Source: Verrucomicrobiales bacterium (GTDB lineage: Bacteria; Verrucomicrobiota; Verrucomicrobiia; Methylacidiphilales; JAAUTS01). Taken from it: a stretch of 64,000 bases of DNA. The position numbers and the translations under genes are program-made. Of the stretch, positions 44,990 to 55,087 are shown in pieces. The stretch is from NCBI GenBank assembly GCA_031265105.1, contig JAISDC010000267.1, positions 6,448 to 70,447 of the forward strand, read 5' to 3'. The notes under the pieces are model-generated. The model ran no database searches. It was not told the origin of the DNA and saw only the letters and a list, made by a program, of their open reading frames with translations. Numbering within the stretch: the stretch's first letter is position 1; every line of letters starts with the position of its first letter.

Positions 44990-46525
44990 TCAAAATGGAA
45001 ACTCATCGGCGGCGGCTTTGACTTTTTCCTGTTTGAGGACCTGGGCGGTCTCGTGGGTGCGCAGGCCGCTGATGGTGATGGCTTTTTTCGGCAACGCGGG
45101 GCAGGCGTATTGGCAGGCGCCGCAGCCGATGCAGTATTGCTCGTCAACCACCGGCAGCGGGTCGCGGAATTTGTCCGTCTTTCTGATTTGCAGCGCCGCC
45201 GTCGGGCAGTGCTCGGCGCAGGCACCGCAGGCGGTGCCGTCGCGGTAGATGATGCACTCTTGGTGGTCGAAGACGGCGAGGCCGATGCGGGCGGTTTGTT
45301 TTTGCGCCACGGTCAGCGGCAACAAGGCGCCGTCGGGGCAGACTTCGCCGCAGGTGACGCAGTTGATGTTGCAGAAGCTGTGGTTGAAATTCAGTCGCGG
45401 TTTCATGAAGCCGCTGACGCTGGCGTATTCGAGGAAGGACGGCTCCAACACGTGGCTGGGGCAGGCGCTGACGCACAACTGGCAGGCGGTGCAGCGGACG
45501 AGGAAGCGGTCGCGGTTTTGCGCGCCGGGCGGCATGACGGCGTGGCCGAATTTACCGCCGTCGGCGTTGCGCGTGCCAACGGCCACGGTGCCGCTGACGG
45601 TGGCGACGAGGAAGTGGCGACGGTCAAGGTTCACGTCACCGTCAGCGGGAGTTTGGCGCGCGCGAAAATATTTCAGCGGATTTTGGAAACGGTACTTGAT
45701 GCCGTGTTCGTCACAGACGGCAACGCAGTTGTAACACGCGACGCAGCGTGAGAAATCAATCTCCCCCGCCCGCAAATTGATGCACTGCGCTTTGCACGCG
45801 CGGAGGCAGTCGCCGCATTTTTTACAAGCGGCTTGGTCAATGGTGAGTTTCCACAACGAAAATTTCGCGACGAGGCCGAGCAGCGCGCCGACCGGGCAAA
45901 TGGTGTTGCAATACAAGCGTCCGCGCCACACGGCCAGCGCCACGACCGCGGCGGTCACCATCAGCGTCGCCGCCAGTACGGCGGGCGGCACCCAGTGGAC
46001 GGTCACGCGCGGCACGGCGTCGGTGCCGAGCGCCCGCAGCGCCTCGCTCGCGAGATTGTTGCCGCTGACGATGAGCGGGCGCAGCACATTGCCGGCGAGG
46101 CGGCCGAAATTGCTATACGGGTCGAGCCACGCCAGCACCGCGCCGCCCGCGCCCGCCGCGACGCTGACGCTGACGCTGACGGCGGCGAGGATGCTATAGC
46201 GCAATTTATTGGCCGGCTTTTTATAACCGAGGAATTTTTTCTTACGCCGGAACAAATTCGCCGCGCGCATGACAATGTCCTGCAAAATCCCCAGCGGGCA
46301 AACGACCGAGCAATACACGCGCCCGACCAGCGCGCTGACGATGAGGATGGCCAGCGCTGCACCGCTGACGGCGAGGGCGGCGGGGACGAATTGCATCATC
46401 GTCAGCGCGTGCTTGAACGCCGCCGACAGCCAGTCGCGGTAGTCGAGAAACGCGAGGCTGACGCCGACCATGACCAGCGCGGCAAGGATGATTCTGACGC
46501 GGCGGAGAATATTACGGTGTTTCAT
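44990..46525 (-). CDS. Membrane-bound polyferredoxin (4Fe-4S binding protein, NapH/YccM-like)
   Basis: 511 aa with N-terminal TM helices carrying CxxCP (YCSVVCPLG; YCNTICPVG). Several CxxCxxCxxxCP clusters lie in the C-terminal half. Confidence 0.75.
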   Translation of the reverse strand: MKHRNILRRVRIILAALVMVGVSLAFLDYRDWLSAAFKHALTMMQFVPAALAVSGAALAILIVSALVGRVYCSVVCPLGILQDIVMRAANLFRRKKKFLGYKKPANKLRYSILAAVSVSVSVAAGAGGAVLAWLDPYSNFGRLAGNVLRPLIVSGNNLASEALRALGTDAVPRVTVHWVPPAVLAATLMVTAAVVALAVWRGRLYCNTICPVGALLGLVAKFSLWKLTIDQAACKKCGDCLRACKAQCINLRAGEIDFSRCVACYNCVAVCDEHGIKYRFQNPLKYFRARQTPADGDVNLDRRHFLVATVSGTVAVGTRNADGGKFGHAVMPPGAQNRDRFLVRCTACQLCVSACPSHVLEPSFLEYASVSGFMKPRLNFNHSFCNINCVTCGEVCPDGALLPLTVAQKQTARIGLAVFDHQECIIYRDGTACGACAEHCPTAALQIRKTDKFRDPLPVVDEQYCIGCGACQYACPALPKKAITISGLRTHETAQVLKQEKVKAAADEFPF

Positions 46526-46578
46526 AAGCAGGTCACTAATTCTCTCACCAGCGGTGAGAGTTTTTATGCTTATCTAGC

Positions 46579-47064
46579 TTAATTTTGATTTTTTTCAGCG
46601 TCGGAATTGGACAAAGCAGGCGGACGAAAACCGTACACCGCCGACGCCACCAGCCATGCCACCCCGATTAGCGCCCACAACCAGCCGGAAATCGGCTTGT
46701 CATTCAACAACAGTAGCGTGCCGCACAAAATCGCGGCAATGGACAGCAAGGCACCCAGCAGCATGGAAATAATCTTTCCCACCCGTTGTCCTTTCCAATC
46801 CTCGGCCCGCATGGACTGCTCTTTGGCAATCCAGCCGTGCCGCGCCTGTTGCTCCGTTCTGGCGCCTTCTAGTAAAAACGCGCGTACATCCGGCGAGTAT
46901 TTGTTAAACTCTTCGGCAGGCGGCAGGCTGACCTCGGGCGGTAAGTTGATTTGAAAATTATTCTGTGTATTGCTGGACAAATGAATACTAGGGCTTTTGC
47001 CATGGCTATGCGGCAGATTTAACTCCTTTTGCCCGTCGGTCGGGGGACTAGGATTATTTTCCAT
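46579..47064 (-). CDS. DUF2335-like membrane protein
   Basis: 161 aa with LPPAEEFNKYSPDVRAFLLEGARTEQQARH followed by two TM helices. Confidence 0.5.
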   Translation of the reverse strand: MENNPSPPTDGQKELNLPHSHGKSPSIHLSSNTQNNFQINLPPEVSLPPAEEFNKYSPDVRAFLLEGARTEQQARHGWIAKEQSMRAEDWKGQRVGKIISMLLGALLSIAAILCGTLLLLNDKPISGWLWALIGVAWLVASAVYGFRPPALSNSDAEKNQN

Positions 47065-47284
47065 GCAACGTCAACTCCATTTGTTCCGAGCGATTTCGGC
47101 GCGCGGTGACGCTGGTTTGCAAATCACCGGCCGCACGATAAATATCACCTGCCATCTCCCGATTGCCAAACAACAAATGTTCCCGTGTTGCCAAATGGTC
47201 AATGGGACGATAACCGAGCAACACCTCATGTGTGCCACGCAACAAGTTTAGAACGAACCGTGCCATGAAAATAATTTGCGGCAA
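47054..47284 (-). CDS. Hypothetical small protein
   Basis: 76-aa ORF overlapping the DUF2335 gene start by 11 nt, suggesting possible coupling. No recognisable motif. Confidence 0.3.
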   Translation of the reverse strand: MPQIIFMARFVLNLLRGTHEVLLGYRPIDHLATREHLLFGNREMAGDIYRAAGDLQTSVTARRNRSEQMELTLHGK

Positions 47285-47478
47285 GCCCTTGTTTCTGTCA
47301 ATCAGTTTACCGGCTGTGGCGCGGTTGCAAGGAACAGATAAACAAAATGGCGACCAACGCGAATGACAAGCATTACACCGTCAGCGCCGCAGTTTCGTGT
47401 TTGCGCTTAAACACGAAGAATATTTTTATCAAAACTTTGTGCCTGCAGGTTTTCATGACCGGAGTTTTCCAAATAAAT

Positions 47479-48426
47479 TTACGAAATCTTGATGCGCTCG
47501 ATTTGCAGGTTATCCAAATCGCAGCGGCCTAGGTTCGCGGAGGCGGCGAGTTTCACGTAGCCGATGCCGTCGTTGGCGTGGCCGAGCAGTTTGCTGCCGG
47601 CGGCGTCAATCGCCACTTGGTCGCGCGACGCCAGCAGCGTCTTCACGTTCGGGATGAGGTCGTCCACGCTCTTGCCGCGCGGGCCGTTGCGCATCATCGG
47701 GGTGTAGGCGTCGGTGATGTTCAAGTCGGGCGCGCGACGGTGGCGGATGAAGTCGGCGATGCACTGGTGCAGGTCGTTCTTGTGCCAGAAGCCGCGGTCC
47801 CAGATGATGCCCATGTGGTTTTTCATCGCGGCGGTCATGGTCGCGCCGCCGTGGTGTTTGAGCACGGGGACGTTGAACCACACGTCGCTGTCGAGCACCA
47901 ACTGGTGCACCTTCAGCGCGTGCAATTTTTCGCCGCCGCTGACGGTGACTTCGCGGTAATAGGTCTCGTCGTTGCCGGGCACCATTTTGCCGCCGGCTTT
48001 TTCCACCGCGGCCTTGATGCCGCTGTTGGTGTAGGCTTTTTCCCAGGCGTCGCAGGTGTGGTCGAAGACGCTGACGCTGGCGGCGCCGGCGGCCAGGCAC
48101 AGCTCGGTGAGGCGGCCGACGAGGTCCGGGTGGGTGTTGGCGGCGCGTTCGGGCGAGCAGTCCCAGCCGATGTTCGGCTTGATGAGCACGGTCTGGCCCT
48201 TCTTGACAAACGCGCCGATGCCGCCGAGCGCCTCGATGGCGCGGTCGAGCATGGTCACGCGGTCGCCGTCACGCACAGCGACGAGATAGGGTTTGCCGTC
48301 GGGGTCGGCGAGTAATTCACTGTCAGCGGCCCGTGTTTCGCGCGTGAAGAAGCCGCTCAAATCCGCCAATGAAAACGCCGCGCCAATGGCGAAGCCCTTT
48401 TTGATGAAGTCGCGTCTGGTGTGCAT
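47479..48426 (-). CDS. DUF362 domain protein with Tat-type signal
   Basis: The start was moved to MHTRRDFIKKGFAIGAAF (48426) because the upstream ORF codons are REP-A. The DUF362 core includes VLIKPNIGW and PVLKHHGGATMTAAMKNHMG. Confidence 0.8.
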   Translation of the reverse strand: MHTRRDFIKKGFAIGAAFSLADLSGFFTRETRAADSELLADPDGKPYLVAVRDGDRVTMLDRAIEALGGIGAFVKKGQTVLIKPNIGWDCSPERAANTHPDLVGRLTELCLAAGAASVSVFDHTCDAWEKAYTNSGIKAAVEKAGGKMVPGNDETYYREVTVSGGEKLHALKVHQLVLDSDVWFNVPVLKHHGGATMTAAMKNHMGIIWDRGFWHKNDLHQCIADFIRHRRAPDLNITDAYTPMMRNGPRGKSVDDLIPNVKTLLASRDQVAIDAAGSKLLGHANDGIGYVKLAASANLGRCDLDNLQIERIKIS

Positions 48427-48453
48427 GTCGAGGTCCTTTGTTGTTTTTAAAAT

Positions 48454-48545
48454 TTTTTTCAACCACGGATGGACGCTAATGAACACGGATGACCGTCAGC
48501 GTTGGCAAATTATCTGTGTTCATTAGCGTCCATCCGTGGTTGAAA
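48454..48545. repeat. REP-A inverted pair with the abundant motif (GACCGTCAGCG) in its loop
   Basis: TTTTTTCAACCACGGATGGACGCTAATGAACACGGAT ... ATCTGTGTTCATTAGCGTCCATCCGTGGTTGAAA. Confidence 0.85.
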
Positions 48546-48950
48546 GTTTTCTGCAATTCGCCAAGGCATACGGAAACAGTCTTCGTTGAACAACGCATAG
48601 TCGGCGCTGCCGTTGATGGCGAATGTCTTGATTGCACGCGCGGCGCTGAGCAGGTGCCTGGCAAAGGCGATGGTGGTGCCGGTCTTGACGCGGTCGTCGG
48701 CGAGCAGGACGCGCTTGCCGGCACAGTCGAAGCCAAGCGGGCGCAGCAGCACCGGCTGCGGGCCGCGCGGCGCATGGTCAGCGTCGCGGAAATTGATGTG
48801 CAATAAATCGAAGGGCAGCCGCAGGCGTTCGTTCAGCAAGGCGCCGGGGATGATGCCGCCGCTGGCGATGGCGACTAACAAATCGAAGGATTCCGGGATG
48901 TCAATTTCCCGGAGCCGGCGGTGAATGTCCTCGAACGATTTGGCGGCCAT
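48510..48950 (-). CDS. Phosphoribosyltransferase family protein
   Basis: PRPP-binding motif VLLADDRVKTGTT. A start at MAAKSFEDIH (48950) is preferred. The last 13 codons (ENFQPRMDANEHR) are REP-A sequence. Confidence 0.7.
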   Translation of the reverse strand: MAAKSFEDIHRRLREIDIPESFDLLVAIASGGIIPGALLNERLRLPFDLLHINFRDADHAPRGPQPVLLRPLGFDCAGKRVLLADDRVKTGTTIAFARHLLSAARAIKTFAINGSADYALFNEDCFRMPWRIAENFQPRMDANEHR

Positions 48951-48988
48951 AAGAGTTTCAACGCGGAGACGCGGAGCGCGCGGAGTTT

Positions 48989-49510
48989 TTATTGGGATTG
49001 TTTGCGCCACAATTTCAACACCAGCCAGCTGCCGAACAGTTGTACCAACAGGCCGGGCCAGCCGAGCCGGAAGTCAGCGAACGCGGCGGCGGGCGCGACG
49101 GTCAGCGCCTCAAGCACGCTTCCTAACAGTTGATAACTAATCACGGTCAGCGCCAGCGCCGGCAGCAGGGCGAATTTTCTCACCAGCAGCGGCGCGAGGC
49201 CGGCGATGAGCAATGATTTCACGAGAATCACCGGCAGCGCCGCGGTCGGCGGCATGGCGAACAGCGCGTGATTGAGCAGCGGCGAGAGCAGCGCCGTCAA
49301 CGTCCCGACCTGCCAGCCGTAGCGGGCGGCGGCGAGCAGCGTGCAAAAGTAAATCGGCAGCCAGACCGGCCCGCCCAGCGCGGCGAGGTGGCAGAGTTGA
49401 GGCAGCGCGAGGTTGCCGAGAATGAACACGGCGCTCCACAGGTAAAATTCTTTGTCGCGCAGGCCGAGTGGCGCGACCGGACGGTTGGCAATGGCGGTTG
49501 GATTGTTCAT
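48989..49510 (-). CDS. Polytopic membrane protein (ECF-transporter S-component-like)
   Basis: 173 aa with 5-6 TM helices. The function is inferred only from topology and the PRTase neighbour. Confidence 0.45.
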   Translation of the reverse strand: MNNPTAIANRPVAPLGLRDKEFYLWSAVFILGNLALPQLCHLAALGGPVWLPIYFCTLLAAARYGWQVGTLTALLSPLLNHALFAMPPTAALPVILVKSLLIAGLAPLLVRKFALLPALALTVISYQLLGSVLEALTVAPAAAFADFRLGWPGLLVQLFGSWLVLKLWRKQSQ

Positions 49511-49640
49511 GGCGGGATTGATGGTTATGATTAAATTACCAACATCGGAACTTATTGTAAAACTTAAATTGATGCGCTGACAGTATTTCGGCTCGCCATA
49601 AATGGCCCGCTGGTTATATTCACCATCAGCGACTTTGGCG

Positions 49641-49720
49641 TTTTTTTAACCACGGATGGACACCGATGAACACGGATTTGATTTTTATCTGTGTGAATCT
49701 GTGTCCATCCGTGGTTAAAA
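49641..49720. repeat. REP-A inverted pair in the divergent spacer before mnmG
   Basis: TTTTTTTAACCACGGATGGACACCGATGAACACGGAT ... ATCTGTGTGAATCTGTGTCCATCCGTGGTTAAAA. Confidence 0.85.
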
Positions 49721-49749
49721 CTTTATAAGTAATTTATACTAAACAAGTT

Positions 49750-51609
49750 ATGTTCATTTATCCAACGGTGTACGATGTCGCGGTAGTGGGCGCCGGTCAC
49801 GCTGGCTGTGAAGCGGCATTGGCAGCGGCGCGGATGGGTTGCCGGACGCTGCTGCTGACCATGAACCTGGATACGGTGGCGCAGATGAGCTGCAATCCGG
49901 CCATCGGCGGGCTGGCCAAGGGGCATATCGTGCGGGAAATTGACGCGCTCGGCGGGGCGATGGCGCTGAACACGGACGCCACCGGCATCCAGTTCCGCAT
50001 GTTGAACACCAAAAAGGGGCCGAGTGTGCGGGCGCCGCGGGCGCAATGCGACAAGAAGGCTTACCAGTTTCGCATGAAAGCGCTGCTGGAGCGCGCCGCC
50101 AATCTCGACCTGCAACAAGGTACTATCGCGGATGTCGAAGTGGCCGCTGACCGTGTGACGGCGCTAACCACCACGATGGGTGTGCGCTACCGCACGCGGG
50201 CGCTGATTGTGACCACCGGCACCTTTTTAAAAGGGTTGATGCACGTCGGCTTACAAAATGCCGTCGGCGGGCGCATGGGCGACGCTGCCAGTGACTTTTC
50301 CGACTGCCTGCGGCGGCTCGGCTTCAGCGTCGAGCGACTCAAAACCGGCACACCTCCGCGCCTCAATGGCAGAACCATTAACTTTGCCAAGTGTCAGCGG
50401 CAGGACGGCGACGTGCCACCACCAGCGTTTAGTTACATGGCCGACATCGTCAGCGCCGCTGACAATGAAATTTTCACCCTCAATAGCTGGAAACCGGGCA
50501 TGTTCCACGTGGAACAAATCCCCTGTTGGATTACGCACACGAACGCCAAAACCGCTGAAATCATCCGCGCTAATCTTGACAAATCGCCGCTTTATTGCGG
50601 AATTATCCAAGGCGTCGGGCCGCGTTATTGTCCATCACTTGAGGATAAAATTGTGCGTTTTGCCCACAAGGAGTCGCACCAGATTTTTCTTGAGCCGGAA
50701 GGCCGGCACACGGACGAGTATTATGTCAACGGTTGTTCCACTTCCCTGCCATTCGAGGCGCAAGTCGCTTTCATTCGCAGCATCAGCGGCCTGGAAAACG
50801 CCGAGATTATGCGCGCCGGCTACGCGGTGGAATATGATTTTTGCCCTCCTACCCAGCTTGATTCGACGCTGATGACGAAGCGCGTCGAAGGATTGTTTTT
50901 CGCCGGGCAAATCAACGGCACTTCCGGCTATGAGGAAGCCGCTGCGCAGGGATTGCTGGCCGGCGCAAATGCGGCGCTGTGGTTGGCGCAAAAACCGCCG
51001 CTGATGTTGGGGCGTCACGAAGCCTATGTCGGCGTGCTGGTGGATGATTTGGTGACAAAAGGCACGAAAGAGCCTTACCGCATGTTCACGTCACGCGCCG
51101 AATACCGGCTGCTGCTGCGGCAGGACAATGCCGATTTGCGCCTGACCAAACGCGCTGCTGACGTTGGCTTGGTGTCCGCTGACCGTGTGGCGCGGGTGGA
51201 GGAAAAATTACGGCAAATCGAGGCGCTGACCATGCGATTGAGTCAGGCGCGATCAGGCGGTCTGACGCTGGCCGAGCTGTTGAAACGTCCCGACATAACT
51301 TGGGCCGACCTGCCGGAGGAATTTGCCAACGCTGACTGTGAGGTCACCGCGCAAGTCGAGACCGACATCAAATACGCCGGTTACATCGCCCGCGAACTGG
51401 CGCACATCGACCGCGCCCGCGCCCAGGAAGAAGCCTGCATTCCTGACTGGGTGGATTATCACACCGTCAGCGGCCTGAAAACCGAGGCCCGGCAAAAGCT
51501 GGACGCCGTGCGCCCGCGAACCTTCGGCCAGGCCGCCAGAGTCAGCGGCATCACTCCGTCCGATGTGGCCATCCTCAGCGTATGGGTGCGGCGCGGTAAC
51601 AAATCCTGA
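49750..51609 (+). CDS. mnmG: tRNA uridine-5-carboxymethylaminomethyl modification enzyme MnmG (GidA)
   Basis: 619 aa with the FAD-binding motif YDVAVVGAGHAGCEAALAAARMG and full-length GidA similarity. Confidence 0.95.
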   Translation: MFIYPTVYDVAVVGAGHAGCEAALAAARMGCRTLLLTMNLDTVAQMSCNPAIGGLAKGHIVREIDALGGAMALNTDATGIQFRMLNTKKGPSVRAPRAQCDKKAYQFRMKALLERAANLDLQQGTIADVEVAADRVTALTTTMGVRYRTRALIVTTGTFLKGLMHVGLQNAVGGRMGDAASDFSDCLRRLGFSVERLKTGTPPRLNGRTINFAKCQRQDGDVPPPAFSYMADIVSAADNEIFTLNSWKPGMFHVEQIPCWITHTNAKTAEIIRANLDKSPLYCGIIQGVGPRYCPSLEDKIVRFAHKESHQIFLEPEGRHTDEYYVNGCSTSLPFEAQVAFIRSISGLENAEIMRAGYAVEYDFCPPTQLDSTLMTKRVEGLFFAGQINGTSGYEEAAAQGLLAGANAALWLAQKPPLMLGRHEAYVGVLVDDLVTKGTKEPYRMFTSRAEYRLLLRQDNADLRLTKRAADVGLVSADRVARVEEKLRQIEALTMRLSQARSGGLTLAELLKRPDITWADLPEEFANADCEVTAQVETDIKYAGYIARELAHIDRARAQEEACIPDWVDYHTVSGLKTEARQKLDAVRPRTFGQAARVSGITPSDVAILSVWVRRGNKS

Positions 51610-51816
51610 TTATATACAAAATATAACAAATATATTTAAAAACCACATGAAAAGTCAAACTATGGAGAAATTGGAGGCGGGCCTTTGGTTGCATCAAACC
51701 TTGGCTTAATTAACAAGGGGTTTGCCTGGTTCAGCGGGGTTTGATTGTTTGCAAACGCATACAAAAGAGCCTTTGTCTCGCTGATGGTGAGTGGCATTAT
51801 CAGCGGGATAAAAATT

Positions 51817-52662
51817 ATGGCACCGGAAACCGCAATCAAGTTGTTTGAAACGAAAAAAGTCCGCACCGTGTGGGACGAGGAACGGGAAAAATGGTTTTTT
51901 TCCGTCGTGGATGTCATCGAGGCGCTGACGGCGAGCGGGCGTCCCCGTAAATATTGGGACGACTTGAAACGCAAGCTGCAAGCCGAAGGAAGTGAGTTGT
52001 CCGAAAAAATCGGACAACTGAAAATGCCCGCTGCCGATGACAAATTTTACAAAACTGATGTCGCTGACGTTGAGCAAGTGTTCCGGTTGATTCAATCCAT
52101 CCCGTCACCAAAAGCGGAGCCGTTCAAGCTGTGGCTGGCGCAAGTGGCGAAGGAGCGGCTCGACCAGTTGCAAGACCCGGAGTTATCCATCGAGCAAGCC
52201 ATGACCGATTACCGGCGACTGGGTTATTCCGAAAGCTGGATCAATCAACGCCTCAAAAGCATCGAAATCCGCAAGGAGTTGACCGATGAATGGAAGCGCC
52301 ACGGCTTGCAGGAAGGCGGGCCATTCGCCTCGCTGACCGACATCATCTACCAAACTTGGGCGGGCAAAACCGCGAAGGAATACAAGCAATTCAAAGGCTT
52401 GAAAAAGGAAAGTTTGCGCGACAATATGACCAACAAGGAATTGGTAATCAATATGTTGGCGGAATTATCCACCAAGGAAATCTCCGCCGTCTCCACGCCC
52501 GCGACGATGGCTGAACATGAAAACATCGCCCGGCGCGGCGGCAACGTCGCCCGTGAAGCGCGGTTGAAACTTGAAGCCGAGACTGGCAAAAAAGTGGTCA
52601 CACCGCTGAATGCGAAACATTTGTTGGGCGTTAAAAATGAATCACGCAAATTAACCCGCTGA
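51817..52662 (+). CDS. BRO-N domain protein (DinD/antirepressor-like)
   Basis: A start at MAPETAIKLFE is preferred. The Bro-N pattern is FETKKVRTVWDEEREKWFFSVVDVIEAL. The stop TGA lies inside a motif variant. Confidence 0.65.
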   Translation: MAPETAIKLFETKKVRTVWDEEREKWFFSVVDVIEALTASGRPRKYWDDLKRKLQAEGSELSEKIGQLKMPAADDKFYKTDVADVEQVFRLIQSIPSPKAEPFKLWLAQVAKERLDQLQDPELSIEQAMTDYRRLGYSESWINQRLKSIEIRKELTDEWKRHGLQEGGPFASLTDIIYQTWAGKTAKEYKQFKGLKKESLRDNMTNKELVINMLAELSTKEISAVSTPATMAEHENIARRGGNVAREARLKLEAETGKKVVTPLNAKHLLGVKNESRKLTR

Positions 52663-52683
52663 CCGTGACGGTCACCATCAGCG
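52657..52683 (+). terminator. Imperfect hairpin built from two motif variants (CGCTGACCGTGAC / GTCACCATCAGCG)
   Basis: It overlaps the BRO-N gene stop codon. The stem is 6+5 bp with an internal mismatch. Function is uncertain. Confidence 0.3.
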
Positions 52684-52726
52684 ATAACATTTTGACATCA
52701 CTACGAAGTGATGTTATTTTTACAGC

Positions 52727-53023
52727 ATGGTCAGAACACAAATCCAATTGCCGGAAGAAATGTATGCAGAATTGAAAGCCCTGGCGAAGGAACGCGAAAT
52801 TTCCATTGCCGAACTCATCCGGCGCGGCGCGGAGTATATGCTGGATATTTTGCCGCGATTAAAAAATAAAAAGCCGCGTGCAATCCCAGTATTTGACTTG
52901 GGTCCGTGGCGTGGTTTGAGTCATGCCGAACTCAAAGAAATCGCCCAAAAAACCGCTACCGAAGAACGGTTGATGGAAGAAATGCAAAGACCACCACAAA
53001 AAGCAGTCGCTGAAAAAATTTAA
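52727..53023 (+). CDS. vapB: Ribbon-helix-helix antitoxin (VapB/CopG-like)
   Basis: 98 aa (MVRTQIQLPEEMYAELKALAKEREISIAELIRRG), located 14 nt upstream of the PIN gene. Confidence 0.7.
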   Translation: MVRTQIQLPEEMYAELKALAKEREISIAELIRRGAEYMLDILPRLKNKKPRAIPVFDLGPWRGLSHAELKEIAQKTATEERLMEEMQRPPQKAVAEKI

Positions 53024-53036
53024 CCCGCGAGTTGTT

Positions 53037-53483
53037 ATGCTGTCCATTGACACTAACATTTTGTTTTATGCCAGTTATGAGTCATCCCCTTTCTACGCCG
53101 CTGCCCGTGACTGGTTACAGTCCATCAGCAGCAGCGACGATGTGATAATTTCCGAGTTCGCGCTGACGGAGTTGTACGGACTGTTCCGCAATCGTGCTTC
53201 CACCGCCAAACCACTGACAGCGGGCAATGCGGTACATGCTATCAACTATTACCGCACTCACCCGCGCTGGCGCTTGGTCGGGTTTACCGCTGACAGCCGC
53301 AAATTACACGACAAACTTTGGTCACTGTCAGCGACGGAAAATTTCCCCTACCGCAAAATCTACGACGCGCGCCTGGCGCTGACGTTGCAACACCACGGCG
53401 TCACCCGTTTCGCCACTGTCAACGAAAAAGATTTCGCCGGTCTCGGCTTCGCCAGAGTTTGGAACCCGCTCGTCCTCCGCTGA
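53037..53483 (+). CDS. vapC: PIN-domain ribonuclease toxin VapC
   Basis: 148 aa. The N-terminal sequence is SIDTNIL. Later acidic residues (SEFALTE, DARLA) fit a PIN fold. Confidence 0.8.
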   Translation: MLSIDTNILFYASYESSPFYAAARDWLQSISSSDDVIISEFALTELYGLFRNRASTAKPLTAGNAVHAINYYRTHPRWRLVGFTADSRKLHDKLWSLSATENFPYRKIYDARLALTLQHHGVTRFATVNEKDFAGLGFARVWNPLVLR

Positions 53484-53537
53484 CACTGACAACTTTCTGC
53501 TTCCAACTTTCCGCTTTCCCTTTTATAACGGTTTACT

Positions 53538-55034
53538 ATGAACACCAAATGTCTGGTCGCCCTCGCCACCGCCGTCACCGTCAGCGGCGCGCTCGGGGCG
53601 GAAAATGACGACGACACCCGCGCCGCCGCCTTGCAAAACCTCGCCATCGAAAACGGCACCATCCTCAGCGTCACGCGCGACGCCTCGCCCACGTTCACCT
53701 TCCCCGATGGCAAAACCCGCGACAATGTGCCCCCGCGCACCATCGTCAAACTCGCCCTCCGCCCCGGCCCCGGCTCCGACATCCGCGTCGAGGTCTGCCT
53801 CCCCGACGCCGCGCGGTGGAACGGCAAATTCCTCGGCCTCGGCAACGGCGGTGCCGCCGGCAGCATCGGCGCGGGCTTCTTCCTCGGCCCGCTGACACAG
53901 GGTTACGCAGTCGCCTGCACCGACCTCGGCACCACGCGTGGCGGCACCGTCAGCGCCGACCGCAGCGGCATTGACCACCCCGACGTGTGGCGCGACTTCG
54001 GCTTCCGCGCCACGCATCTAATGACCGTCAGTGGCAAGCTGTTAGTGGAAAAATTCTACGGCCGCCCACCCGCGTTCTCGTATTTCAACGGCTCCTCCAC
54101 CGGCGGCCAGCAGGCGCTCGCGCTCGCCCAGCGCCACCCCGCTGACTATGACGGCATCCTCGCCGGCATCCCCGCGCACTGCCGCGCGCCGCTGCACGCC
54201 TACTTCGTCTGGAACGAGCAAATCCTCGCCAAATGCCCGTTCACCAAGGAGCAAATGGAAACGGTCGCCGCCGCCGGGGTCGAGCATTTCGGCAAACATG
54301 AACCGCCCGCCCTCGCCGGCAAAATCATCACCGCGCCCGGCTGGACGGACGCTGACATTGACGCCGTCATCGCCCTCGCGCGCGCGAAAGACCCGACGCT
54401 GACCGTCACGCACGCCGACGCGCTGCGGCAGTTGTTCAACGGCCCGCGCACCCCCGCCGGCGAGCGCGTGTTCAACGGCATCCCGCCCGGCGCGCTGCTC
54501 GACGGCGCGCGCGGCGGCGGTTTCTACTACCTGTTCCGCTGGGTGTTCGGCGAAAAATTCGACCCGCTGAAATTCGACTTCGGCGCCGACCTTGACACCT
54601 ACACCGCCGCGCTCGCCCCGTTCCTCAACGCTGAGCATGATGACCTGCGCGAGTTCAAGCAACGCGGCGGCAAGCTGCTAATGTTCAGCGGCGCCGCCGA
54701 CGCCATCGTCCCGTGGCACGCGACCGCCGATTACTACGACCGCGCCGTCGAGCGCAACGGCGGCCTCGCGGCCACGCGGGAATTTTTCCGCTACTACATC
54801 TTGCCCGGCTGGCAGCACGGCTGGAGTCCCGTCATCAACCGCATCACGCCTGACTTCTTCCGCGCGCTGGTCGCCTGGCGCGAACAAGGCGAGACCCCCG
54901 GCGCCTTTCACTGTCAGCGGGTGATTGATAACAAAGTCGAGCTGGACGCTGTCGTTGACCCCTACGCCCCCGACCCCGCGCGCGCCGGCAAAGAGCGCGT
55001 CGCCGACCGTCTGCGCCCGCCGGCGCGGGAATAA
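53538..55034 (+). CDS. Tannase/feruloyl esterase family alpha/beta hydrolase (secreted)
   Basis: 498 aa with a signal peptide. The nucleophile elbow is FNGSSTGGQQALALAQRHPADYDGILAGIPA. Confidence 0.75.
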   Translation: MNTKCLVALATAVTVSGALGAENDDDTRAAALQNLAIENGTILSVTRDASPTFTFPDGKTRDNVPPRTIVKLALRPGPGSDIRVEVCLPDAARWNGKFLGLGNGGAAGSIGAGFFLGPLTQGYAVACTDLGTTRGGTVSADRSGIDHPDVWRDFGFRATHLMTVSGKLLVEKFYGRPPAFSYFNGSSTGGQQALALAQRHPADYDGILAGIPAHCRAPLHAYFVWNEQILAKCPFTKEQMETVAAAGVEHFGKHEPPALAGKIITAPGWTDADIDAVIALARAKDPTLTVTHADALRQLFNGPRTPAGERVFNGIPPGALLDGARGGGFYYLFRWVFGEKFDPLKFDFGADLDTYTAALAPFLNAEHDDLREFKQRGGKLLMFSGAADAIVPWHATADYYDRAVERNGGLAATREFFRYYILPGWQHGWSPVINRITPDFFRALVAWREQGETPGAFHCQRVIDNKVELDAVVDPYAPDPARAGKERVADRLRPPARE

Positions 55035-55087
55035 CGCGGGAAAATCCTTGCCCTCGCCGCTGACTGTGAGACAATCAGCGCCACCTT

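Noticed and set aside
44552-48315. Plus-strand ORFs 44552..45751, 45833..46582 and 47578..48315
   Set aside because: They are antisense to the Phd, polyferredoxin and DUF362 genes and show GC-rich shadow composition.
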